Origin: Gammaproteobacteria bacterium | GTDB taxonomy: Bacteria > Pseudomonadota > Gammaproteobacteria > Steroidobacterales > Steroidobacteraceae | NCBI GenBank assembly: GCA_030039615.1 | Contig: JASHVF010000383.1 | Coordinates: 1 to 50,864, forward strand | DNA: 50,864 nt | Direction of reading: 5' to 3' | Shown: one piece after another, positions 8,983 to 16,861 of the stretch | How the letters are laid out: each line of letters starts with the position of its first letter | Numbering within the stretch: the first letter of the stretch is position 1 | The notes under the pieces: model-generated | The model's database searches: none | What the model was told of the DNA's origin: nothing | Seen by the model: only the letters and a program-made list of their open reading frames with translations | Program-made: the position numbers and the translations under genes

Positions 8983-10767
8983 ATGCTGCGGGCTTCACTG
9001 GTCACCTTGTTCTTCTGGGGCGCCGCGAGCGCCGCCCCCGGGCTGGCAATTGCCGCGGCCGCCGCGTCCAACGCGGACTCAGACGACGGCCAGTGGACCA
9101 TGCCGGCCAAGAACTACTCGGCCACCCGCTATAGCGGCCTCACCCAGATCAACGCGCGCAACGCGCGCTCGCTGCGCCCGGTGTGGACCTTCTCGACCGG
9201 GGTGCTCACCGGGCACGAGGGCCAGCCGCTGGTGGTCGGCGACACCATGTATGTCGTGACCCCCTGGCCCAACGTGCTGTACGCGTTCGATCTTTCCAAG
9301 GCGGGTTATCCGCTCAGGTGGAAGTACCGCCCCGACGTGAGCCAGAACGCTCTCGGCGTCGCCTGTTGTGACGCGGTGAATCGCGGCGCCTTCTACGTCG
9401 ACGGTGTGATCGTCTACAACCTGCTCGACGGACACACGGTGGCGGTCGATGCGCGCAGCGGACGCGAGCTGTGGAAGACGGCCATCGCCGACCTGGGGAG
9501 CGGAGAGACCGTGACCATGGCGCCGCTGGTCGTCGGCAATCGCGTGATCGTCGGCGCCTCGGGCGGCGAGTTCGGCATCTACGGATGGCTCAAGGGGCTC
9601 GACCTGAAGACCGGGCAGGTCATCTGGACCGGTCACAACATGGGTCCCGACGCGGATATGCTGATCCATGCCGCGACCTTCAAGCCGGCCTATCCCGTGG
9701 CGGCGGACGAGGGCGCGCACAGCTGGGGAAGCGACAGCTGGAAAAACGGCGGCGCGCCGGTATGGGGCTGGCTCTCCTACGACCCACAGCTCGATCTCGT
9801 CTACTACGGCAGCGGTAACGCCTCGCCCTACAACTCCGAGCAGCGTCCCGGGGACAACAAGTGGAGCGCCAGCGTGCTGGCGCGCCGGCCCGCGACCGGC
9901 GAGCTCATCTGGGCGTACCAGTTCACGCCCCACGACGGCTGGGACTACGACGCCACGGGCGCGATGGTGCTCGCCGATCTCACCGTCGGGGGCAAGCCGA
10001 CGCGCGCGCTGGTGCACTTCGACAAGAATGGTTTCGCCTACACCCTCGACCGGGCCACCGGCAAGGTCCTGGTCGCGGCGCCTTTCGTACCGGTCAACTG
10101 GGCGAAGTCGGTGGATCCCGCGAGCGGGCGGCCGCTCCTCGACCCGAGCAAGGAAACCGGCGTCTCCAAGGGCAACGTGAAGGGAATCTGCCCGTGCCTC
10201 GAGGGCGGCGTGAGCCCGAACTCCCCGCCCGCGTACTCGCCGCGCACGCACCTCTTCTACACCTCGACCAACAACCTGTGCATGGACTACGAGACGGGCC
10301 GCGTCTCCTACCTGCGCGGCACTCCCTACATGGGGATCAACAGTCCCTACAGCGCCGGCGCCGGCGGTTACCTGGGCTCCTTCATCGCCTGGGACGCGGC
10401 GAGCGGACGCAAGGTGTGGGAGGACAAGGAGCCTTATCCAAACTGGAGCGGCGCGCTGGTGACGGCGGGTGACGTGGCCTTCTACGGCACGCTGGACGGC
10501 TACTTCAAGGCGGTCGACGCCCGCACCGGCGCCGAGCTCTCGAGGTTCAAGGTGGGCTCCGGCGTGGTCGGCAACCCGATCACCTTCCGCGCTCCCGACG
10601 GCAAGCAGTACGTCGCGGTGTATGCCGGGATCGGGGGCGACTGGTCGCTGCTCGCGGGCGACACGCGCTCGGACGATCCGCGCGACATCCGCCTGCCGGC
10701 GGACTTCATGAAGGACATAGCGCGCCACACGAGTCAGGGCGGGATGATATGGCTGTTCGGACTATGA
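8983..10767 (+). CDS. xoxF: PQQ-dependent dehydrogenase, methanol/ethanol family, XoxF-type (lanthanide signature)
   Basis: Signal peptide 'MLRASLVTLFFWGAASAA' (alternative GTG start at 8962). Vicinal Cys-Cys 'GVACCD' (9364..9369). 'PHDGWDYDA' has Asp-Tyr-Asp (9943..9951), where Ca-dependent MxaF has Asp-Tyr-Ala. The MDH-like C-terminus is 'HTSQGGMIWLFGL'. Confidence 0.85.
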   Translation: MLRASLVTLFFWGAASAAPGLAIAAAAASNADSDDGQWTMPAKNYSATRYSGLTQINARNARSLRPVWTFSTGVLTGHEGQPLVVGDTMYVVTPWPNVLYAFDLSKAGYPLRWKYRPDVSQNALGVACCDAVNRGAFYVDGVIVYNLLDGHTVAVDARSGRELWKTAIADLGSGETVTMAPLVVGNRVIVGASGGEFGIYGWLKGLDLKTGQVIWTGHNMGPDADMLIHAATFKPAYPVAADEGAHSWGSDSWKNGGAPVWGWLSYDPQLDLVYYGSGNASPYNSEQRPGDNKWSASVLARRPATGELIWAYQFTPHDGWDYDATGAMVLADLTVGGKPTRALVHFDKNGFAYTLDRATGKVLVAAPFVPVNWAKSVDPASGRPLLDPSKETGVSKGNVKGICPCLEGGVSPNSPPAYSPRTHLFYTSTNNLCMDYETGRVSYLRGTPYMGINSPYSAGAGGYLGSFIAWDAASGRKVWEDKEPYPNWSGALVTAGDVAFYGTLDGYFKAVDARTGAELSRFKVGSGVVGNPITFRAPDGKQYVAVYAGIGGDWSLLAGDTRSDDPRDIRLPADFMKDIARHTSQGGMIWLFGL

Positions 10768-11243
10768 GGCGGCCCGGCGTCGCGGGACTGGCAGCGACTC
10801 TCCTCGCCGCCGCGGGGCTCGACGCGTGCACGCAGCAGGCGGCGCCGCCGGCTGTGAGCGCCAACGCGGCGCCCCCGGCGATTGCCTACGAAGCGCACCT
10901 CGCCGCCGGGGGCATCGTGCCGACCGGGAGCACGCTGCGCAATCCGCACGCCGGCGATGCGGCGATCGCGAAGAACGGCGCGCTGCTCTTTACCACCATG
11001 AACTGCGACGGCTGCCATGGGACCGACGCGAGCGGCTTCGTCGGTCCTAACCTCGGCGCCGGCCGCTGGCGCTACGGTGGCGCGGACGCGGAGGTGTTCA
11101 CCTCGATCTACTACGGCCGTCCCAGGGGAATGCCCGCGTTCGGGGGCGCGCTGGGGAGCGAGGGCGTGTGGTCACTCGTCACCTACATCCGCTCGCTGCC
11201 CGTGCCGGGCGTCCTGCCGACCGAGTCGTGGGAGCAGCCATAG
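10764..11243 (+). CDS. Monoheme c-type cytochrome lipoprotein (probable electron acceptor of the PQQ dehydrogenase)
   Basis: ATGA start/stop overlap with the upstream gene (alternative ATG at 10749). 'LLAAAGLDAC' is a lipobox-like signal. One CxxCH, 'NCDGCHG' (11004..11018). Distal 'GMPAF' provides the Met ligand region. Confidence 0.8.
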   Translation: MRRPGVAGLAATLLAAAGLDACTQQAAPPAVSANAAPPAIAYEAHLAAGGIVPTGSTLRNPHAGDAAIAKNGALLFTTMNCDGCHGTDASGFVGPNLGAGRWRYGGADAEVFTSIYYGRPRGMPAFGGALGSEGVWSLVTYIRSLPVPGVLPTESWEQP

Positions 11244-12787
11244 CTGCCCGCCCCGATTACCCGCAGCCGCCGCAGGTTCTGTTCGGCGAGCTGTTCACCG
11301 CGGTGCAGACCGCCGCCATCTTCGATGACGGCAAGACCTTTGCGGACGCGGTACCGCGCGCCGCGCCCGAGACCATCCTCGCCGATTACCGCGCCGCCCG
11401 TCCCGGGACGCGTGCGGCGCTCGAGGACTTCGTCGCCGGGCACTTTACGCTGCCGGCGTCGCCCGACCCGGCAGCGGCGCCGGCGGCGCAGCGAACTCTC
11501 GCCGGGCACATCGACGCGCTCTGGAGCGTTCTCACGCGCACGACGGCGACGGCGCCGCGCTGGTCGTCGCTGCTGCCGCTGCCGCAGCCCTACGTGGTTC
11601 CGGGCGGCCGCTTTCGCGAGATTTACTACTGGGACTCGTACTTCACCATGCTGGGGCTCGTCGAGAGCGGGCGCCCCGACCTGGTCGCGGCCATGGTCGA
11701 GGACTTTGCGCACCTGATCGACGCCTACGGCCACGTGCCGAACGGCACGCGCAGCTATTACCTGAGCCGCTCGCAGCCGCCGTTCTTCTTCGCCATGGTG
11801 GGACTGCTCGACGACGGCCGGGACGCCGCTGCAGGCGCGGCGTTCGCGCGCTACCTGCCGCAGCTCAAGCGCGAGCACGAGTTCTGGATGGAGGGCGCGG
11901 AGGCTCTCGAGGCCGGGCGCGCTCACCGCCGCGTCGTGGCGCTGCCCGACGGCGCGATCCTCAACCGCTATTTCGACGATCGCGACACGCCGCGCGATGA
12001 GTCGTACCGGCAGGACACCGAGCTCGCGCGCGCGAGCGGCCGGCCGCCCGCGCAGGTCTATCGCGACATTCGCGCGGCCGCCGAGAGCGGCTGGGACTTC
12101 AGCTCCCGCTGGTTCGCCGACGGGCGCGCCATGGAGACCATCGTCACCACCGAGATCGTGCCCGTCGATCTCAACAGTCTGCTGTTCGGGCTCGAGAGCG
12201 CCATCGCGGCGGGCTGCGGGCACCAGGGCGACGCCGCGGGCGCGGCGGTCTTCCACGAGCGCGCGCGCGCGCGGCGCGCGGCCATCGACCGCTACCTCTG
12301 GGACGGCGCGCGGGGCGTTTACGGCGACTATCGCTGGACCGAGCGCGCGCTCATTGCGCGGCTCTCGGCTGCGGCAGCCTATCCGCTGTTCTTCGGCTGC
12401 GCCTCGCAGCTGCAGGCCGAGGGCGTGGCCGCCGCGCTGCGTCGCGAGCTGCTCGAGCCGGGAGGCCTCGTCACGACGCCTCTCATCACGGGGCAGCAGT
12501 GGGATGCCCCGAACGGCTGGGCGCCGTTGCAGTGGATCGCGGTGGCGGGGTTCAATCGCTATGGCGAGCGGGCGCTCGCCGAGTCGATCGCCCGAAACTG
12601 GCTGGGCAACGTACGGCGCGTTTACGCCGCGAGCGGCAAGCTGGTCGAGAAGTACGACGTGTTGACCGCGCGCGGCGGCGGCGGCGGCGAGTATCCGCTG
12701 CAGGACGGTTTTGGCTGGACCAACGGCGTGACACGTAAGCTCATGGCGCTCTACCCGCAGGCGGCGGCCGGGGACCCCGCCCCGTAG
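11168..12787 (+). CDS. Alpha,alpha-trehalase (GH37), TreA-like
   Basis: GH37 signatures '[20 protein letters not shown]' and '[13 protein letters not shown]', plus '[19 protein letters not shown]'. The start is uncertain: GTG 11168 has a GGGGAG Shine-Dalgarno but overlaps the cytochrome gene by 76 nt, and GTG 11228 is the alternative. No signal peptide is visible. Confidence 0.9.
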   Translation: [539 protein letters not shown]

Positions 12788-12801
12788 AAAGGAAGTGATG
12801 C

Positions 12802-14091
12802 TTGGCGATTCCCGGTACTCAATACACTGAGGCCGCTGGCGGCGCAGCCGATCGCGAGGTGCGCACGCTGCGCCTGTTCGTGATCGCGCTCTTCTTCATG
12901 TTCGGCGGGATCACCAGCCTCAACGACGTGGTCATCCCGAAGCTGAAGGCGCTGTTCACGCTCAACTACGCGCAGGCGATGCTGGTGCAGTTTGCGTTCT
13001 TCATCGCCTATTTCCTCATCTCGATCCCTGCCGCGGGAGTCGTCGCGCGCATCGGCTACATGCGCACCGCGGCGCTCGGGCTACTCACCATGACCGCCGG
13101 CTGCCTGCTCTTCATCCCGGCCTCCTCGTCGGGCGTGTTCGGCGCCTTTCTGATTGCGATATTCGTGCTCGGCTCCGGCATCACCATCGTGCAGGTGGTG
13201 GCCAATCCCCTGATCTCGATGCTCGGCCGACCGCAGACCGTGCACAGCCGTCTGACCTTCGCCCAGGCCTTCAATTCGCTCGGCACGACGATCTTCCCGT
13301 ACGTGGGATCGATCCTGATCCTCGGCTCGCTTTCGCGGGTCGATCCGCAGAGGCTCGCGGGAGCCGCGCTCACGCTCTTCAGGAGCGAGCAGACGCAGGT
13401 CATCGTGCGCACCTATATCGGGCTCGCGACGGCGCTGGTCCTCATCGCGACGCTCGTCTGGCTCGCGCGCAACAAGCTGCCCGAGTCGAAGAGCGAGGCG
13501 CCGACGCTGCGTCATTACCTGAGTCTCTTGAGGGTTCCGCGCTTCAGTTACGGGGCCTTATGCATCTTTTTTTATGTGGGGGGTGAAGTTGCGATCGGCT
13601 CCCTGATCGTCAACTACCTGATGCAGTCGAGCGTATGGGGCGCCGGATCCGAAGACGCCGGCAAGCACATCATCTACTACTGGGGCGGCGCGATGGTGGG
13701 GCGCTTCGTCGGCTCCTATATGCTGCGGATCTTCTCGCCCGGCAAGGTGCTGGCAGTTCACGCCGCCGTGGCGATCGTACTGATCCTCATATCGGCCAAC
13801 ACGGTCGGCTTCATCTCCGGCTGGTCGTACCTCGCCATCGGGCTCTTCAATTCGATCATGTTCCCGACCATCTTCTCGCTCGCCTGCGAAGGGCTCGGGC
13901 CGCGGGCCGCGGAGGCCTCGGGCATCATCTGCGTGGCGATCGTCGGCGGGGCGGTGGTTCCCTGGATCACGGGTCGCGCCGCGGACCTCATGGGGCTCAA
14001 GGCCGCACTCATCGTGCCGGCCCTCTGTTACGCGGTGATCTGCGGGTTCGGGATCTTCGCGCGCCGCCCCGCCGCGCAGTCCGGGCACTAA
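12802..14091 (+). CDS. Sugar MFS transporter, glucose/galactose (GluP/FucP) family
   Basis: TTG start 6 nt after an AAGGAAG Shine-Dalgarno. '[47 protein letters not shown]' and '[14 protein letters not shown]' match glucose/galactose transporters. 12 predicted TM segments. Confidence 0.85.
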   Translation: [429 protein letters not shown]

Positions 14092-14123
14092 GATCTCCTC
14101 ACACAAGGATCCGGAGGCGATGC

Positions 14124-16250
14124 ATGAGTATGCGAGCACGGCTGACCGTCGTTGTGCTGGCCGGGGTGGCCGGCGCTGCGGCGTTCGCGGGGGCGAGTGT
14201 GGATAAGACGCCGCAGGCGGGAGCCGATGACCCTTACCTGTGGCTCGAGGACATCCACGGCGCCAAGGCGCTCGAGTGGGTCAAGGCGCAGAACGAGCGC
14301 TCGATTGCGGTGCTGCAGGCCGACCCCGACTACCGCAAGGACTACGATGCGATCCTCAAGGTGCTCGATGCCACCGACCGGATTCCCTACGGCGAGCTCG
14401 ATCATGAGTACGTCTTCAATTTCTGGCAGGACGCGCAGCATCCGAAGGGCATCTGGCGGCGCACCACGATCGCCGATTACGCGAATGCCTCGCCCGCCTG
14501 GGAGCTGCTCCTCGACGTCGACAAGCTCGCGCAGGACGAGCACGAGAACTGGGTGTGGCAGGGTGCCGACTGCACGCCCTCGCTGAAGCGCTGTCTGCTC
14601 ACCCTGTCGCGCGGCGGCGGCGATGCCGCCGTGATACGCGAGTTCGACCCGGACGCGAGGACCTTCGTCAAAGGCGGCTTCGAGCTCGCGGAGGCGAAGT
14701 CGCAGATCACCTGGCTGGATGAGGACACGGTGGTTTTCGGCACCGACTTCGGGCCCGGCTCGATGACTTCGTCCGGCTATCCGCGGATCGTGAAGCTGTG
14801 GAAACGCGGCGAGCCCATGGCGGACGCGCGTACCGTTTACGAGGGCCAGGAGAGCGATGTCGCCTCCGCCGGCATCGTGTTTCACGATCCGAGCGGAAGT
14901 ATCGCGCTGGTGCAGCGCAGTCCGAGCTTCTTCACGGCCGAGTACTACACACTCGCCGCGGATGGCACGACGCAGCGGCTGCCGCTGCCGCTCGGCGCGG
15001 ACCTGAAGGGCGCGCAGGCGCGCAGTCTCCTCTTCACCCTGCGTGACGACTGGACGCCGCCGGGCGGCGGGCCCATCGCCAAGGGCTCGCTCATCGCCTA
15101 CACGCTGCCCGTGCCCGCGAGCGCCGCGGCCGAGGGCGAGGTCTCGGTGCTCTACGTGCCCGATGCCAGCAGCTCGATCGCCGAAGTGTCCGCGGGGCGC
15201 GATGCCGTGTACGTCTCGATCAATCACGACGTCACCGGGAGCATTCACGCCTTCCGTCGGGACGCGAAGAGCGCCTGGAGCGATACGCGGCTCGATCTGC
15301 CCGCCGCCGGCTCGACCCGCATCGTCTCGACCAACACCTGGGGACCGCAGGCGCAGTTCCGCTTCGAGAGTTTTACCACGCCGACCACGCTCTACGCGTT
15401 CCAGGGGGAGGGCAAGCCGGTCGCCATCAAGTCCCTGCCGGCGCGCTTCGATGCCACGAATCTCGCCACCGAGCAGTTCTTCGCCACCTCCCGCGACGGC
15501 ACCCGGGTGCCGTACTTCGTGACCCGCTCGCGCAGCCTCACGGCGCCTGCGCCCACGGTGCTCTACGGATACGGCGGCTTCGAGATCTCCCTGACGCCGA
15601 CCTACTCGGCGAACTTCGGCATGCTGTGGCTGACGCGCGGCGGGGTGTACGTGGTGGCCAACATCCGCGGCGGCGGCGAGTACGGTCCCGCCTGGCACCA
15701 GGCGGCGCTGCTCGCGAACCGCCAGAAGGCCTATGACGATTTTCAGGCGGTCGCCGCGGACCTGGTGAAGCGCGGCATCACGACGCCGAGGCAGCTCGGC
15801 ATCATGGGCGGCTCGAACGGCGGGCTGCTGGTGAGCGCCAACATGGTGCAGCGCCCGGAGCTGTTCGGCGCCGTCGTGTGTCAGGTGCCCCTCATCGACA
15901 TGATCCGCTATACGCAGATCGGCGCCGGAGCCTCCTGGGAGGCGGAGTACGGCGATCCCGCGAGAGCCGCCGACCGCGCCTGGATCCTGAAGTACTCGCC
16001 CTACCAGAACGTGAGGAGCGGCAAGCGCTATCCGCCCGTGTTCTTCGTCACTGCCACGAGCGACGACCGCGTGACGCCGGTGCACGCCCGCAAGATGGCG
16101 GCACGCATGGAAGAGCAGGGGCACACCGTGCTCTTCTACGAGAACACCGACGGCGGGCACGCGGCGGCCGCCGATCACCGTCAGGCCGCCGAGATGTGGG
16201 CGCTCTCCTTCGTGTACCTCAAGCAGATGCTGCATCTCGCCGGCCCGTGA
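14124..16250 (+). CDS. Prolyl oligopeptidase family (S9A) serine peptidase, exported
   Basis: Trimmed from track ORF 13635..16250 to the ATG at 14124 (GGAGG Shine-Dalgarno). Signal peptide 'MSMRARLTVVVLAGVAGAAAFAGA'. 'DPYLWLEDIH' is the POP N-terminal motif. Nucleophile 'GIMGGSNGGLL'. The C-terminal 'DDRV...GGH' supplies the Asp/His. Confidence 0.9.
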   Translation: MSMRARLTVVVLAGVAGAAAFAGASVDKTPQAGADDPYLWLEDIHGAKALEWVKAQNERSIAVLQADPDYRKDYDAILKVLDATDRIPYGELDHEYVFNFWQDAQHPKGIWRRTTIADYANASPAWELLLDVDKLAQDEHENWVWQGADCTPSLKRCLLTLSRGGGDAAVIREFDPDARTFVKGGFELAEAKSQITWLDEDTVVFGTDFGPGSMTSSGYPRIVKLWKRGEPMADARTVYEGQESDVASAGIVFHDPSGSIALVQRSPSFFTAEYYTLAADGTTQRLPLPLGADLKGAQARSLLFTLRDDWTPPGGGPIAKGSLIAYTLPVPASAAAEGEVSVLYVPDASSSIAEVSAGRDAVYVSINHDVTGSIHAFRRDAKSAWSDTRLDLPAAGSTRIVSTNTWGPQAQFRFESFTTPTTLYAFQGEGKPVAIKSLPARFDATNLATEQFFATSRDGTRVPYFVTRSRSLTAPAPTVLYGYGGFEISLTPTYSANFGMLWLTRGGVYVVANIRGGGEYGPAWHQAALLANRQKAYDDFQAVAADLVKRGITTPRQLGIMGGSNGGLLVSANMVQRPELFGAVVCQVPLIDMIRYTQIGAGASWEAEYGDPARAADRAWILKYSPYQNVRSGKRYPPVFFVTATSDDRVTPVHARKMAARMEEQGHTVLFYENTDGGHAAAADHRQAAEMWALSFVYLKQMLHLAGP

Positions 16251-16861
16251 GCGGCACGGCGACGGCTTTCGAGGTGTTGCGCGCCGCACAGCGCGTCGCC
16301 GTACCCTGGAAAAACGGCGGCGGTCTGACGCGCGAAGTCGCGGTCCATCCGCCGGGGAGCGGACTCGATGATTTCGACTGGCGCATCAGCATCGCCGAGA
16401 TCGCCGCGGCGGGGCCCTTCTCGGTGTTCCCCGGGATCGATCGCCGCCTGGCGGTGCTCCGCGGACGTCTCGCGCTCACGATCGACGGGCGTGCGCCGCT
16501 CACGCTCGTTCCGGAAAGCCGCGCGGTCGAGTTTCCCGGGGAGGCGGCCGCCTGCGCCGCGCCCGAGAGCGGTCCCGTCACCGACCTCAACGTCATGACG
16601 CGCCGGCAGCGCTGCACCGCCGAGCTCCTGCGCCACGACCTGAGCGAGCCGACCCGCCTCGAGCCGCAGGGCGAGGCCACGCTCGTGATCGTTGCGCTCG
16701 ACGAGCAGCTGCTCTGGTGCGCAGGCACCCCTTACGAAATGGGCCCGCTGGATGCGGCGCTGCTCTCGCCCGGGTCGCCGGCGGTGACGGCGGCGGCGCG
16801 CGGGACGGCCTCCTTGCAGCTCGCCGAGATCCGTCCGCGCGAGCCACGCAGTCCCCGATGA
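16247..16861 (+). CDS. hutD: HutD family protein
   Basis: GTG start sharing GTGA with the peptidase stop. 'VPWKNGGGLTREVAVHP...FDWRISIAEI...GPFSVFPGIDR' is the HutD pattern. Confidence 0.75.
   Translation: MSGTATAFEVLRAAQRVAVPWKNGGGLTREVAVHPPGSGLDDFDWRISIAEIAAAGPFSVFPGIDRRLAVLRGRLALTIDGRAPLTLVPESRAVEFPGEAAACAAPESGPVTDLNVMTRRQRCTAELLRHDLSEPTRLEPQGEATLVIVALDEQLLWCAGTPYEMGPLDAALLSPGSPAVTAAARGTASLQLAEIRPREPRSPR

Noticed and set aside
11168-11243. Cytochrome c-trehalase fusion produced by programmed frameshifting or a sequencing indel.
   Set aside because: The cytochrome ORF ends at a clean TAG, there is no slippery heptamer, and the trehalase frame has its own GTG with a Shine-Dalgarno. No known biology links the two domains. 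I kept only the observation of the missing signal peptide.
13635-14123. N-terminal extensions of track ORFs that run back through the preceding gene. Examples are 13635..16250, 2288..3847, 4995..7457, 15878..16861, 16717..18168, 21612..22982, 22478..23572, 24662..26653, 25052..26248, 38582..39604, 40080..42149, 45088..47709 and 26786..28906.
   Set aside because: The extensions overlap upstream genes in another frame and are Arg-rich nonsense. Each real gene has an internal start with a Shine-Dalgarno, signal peptide or start/stop coupling at the point where homology-like sequence begins, so I trimmed them.
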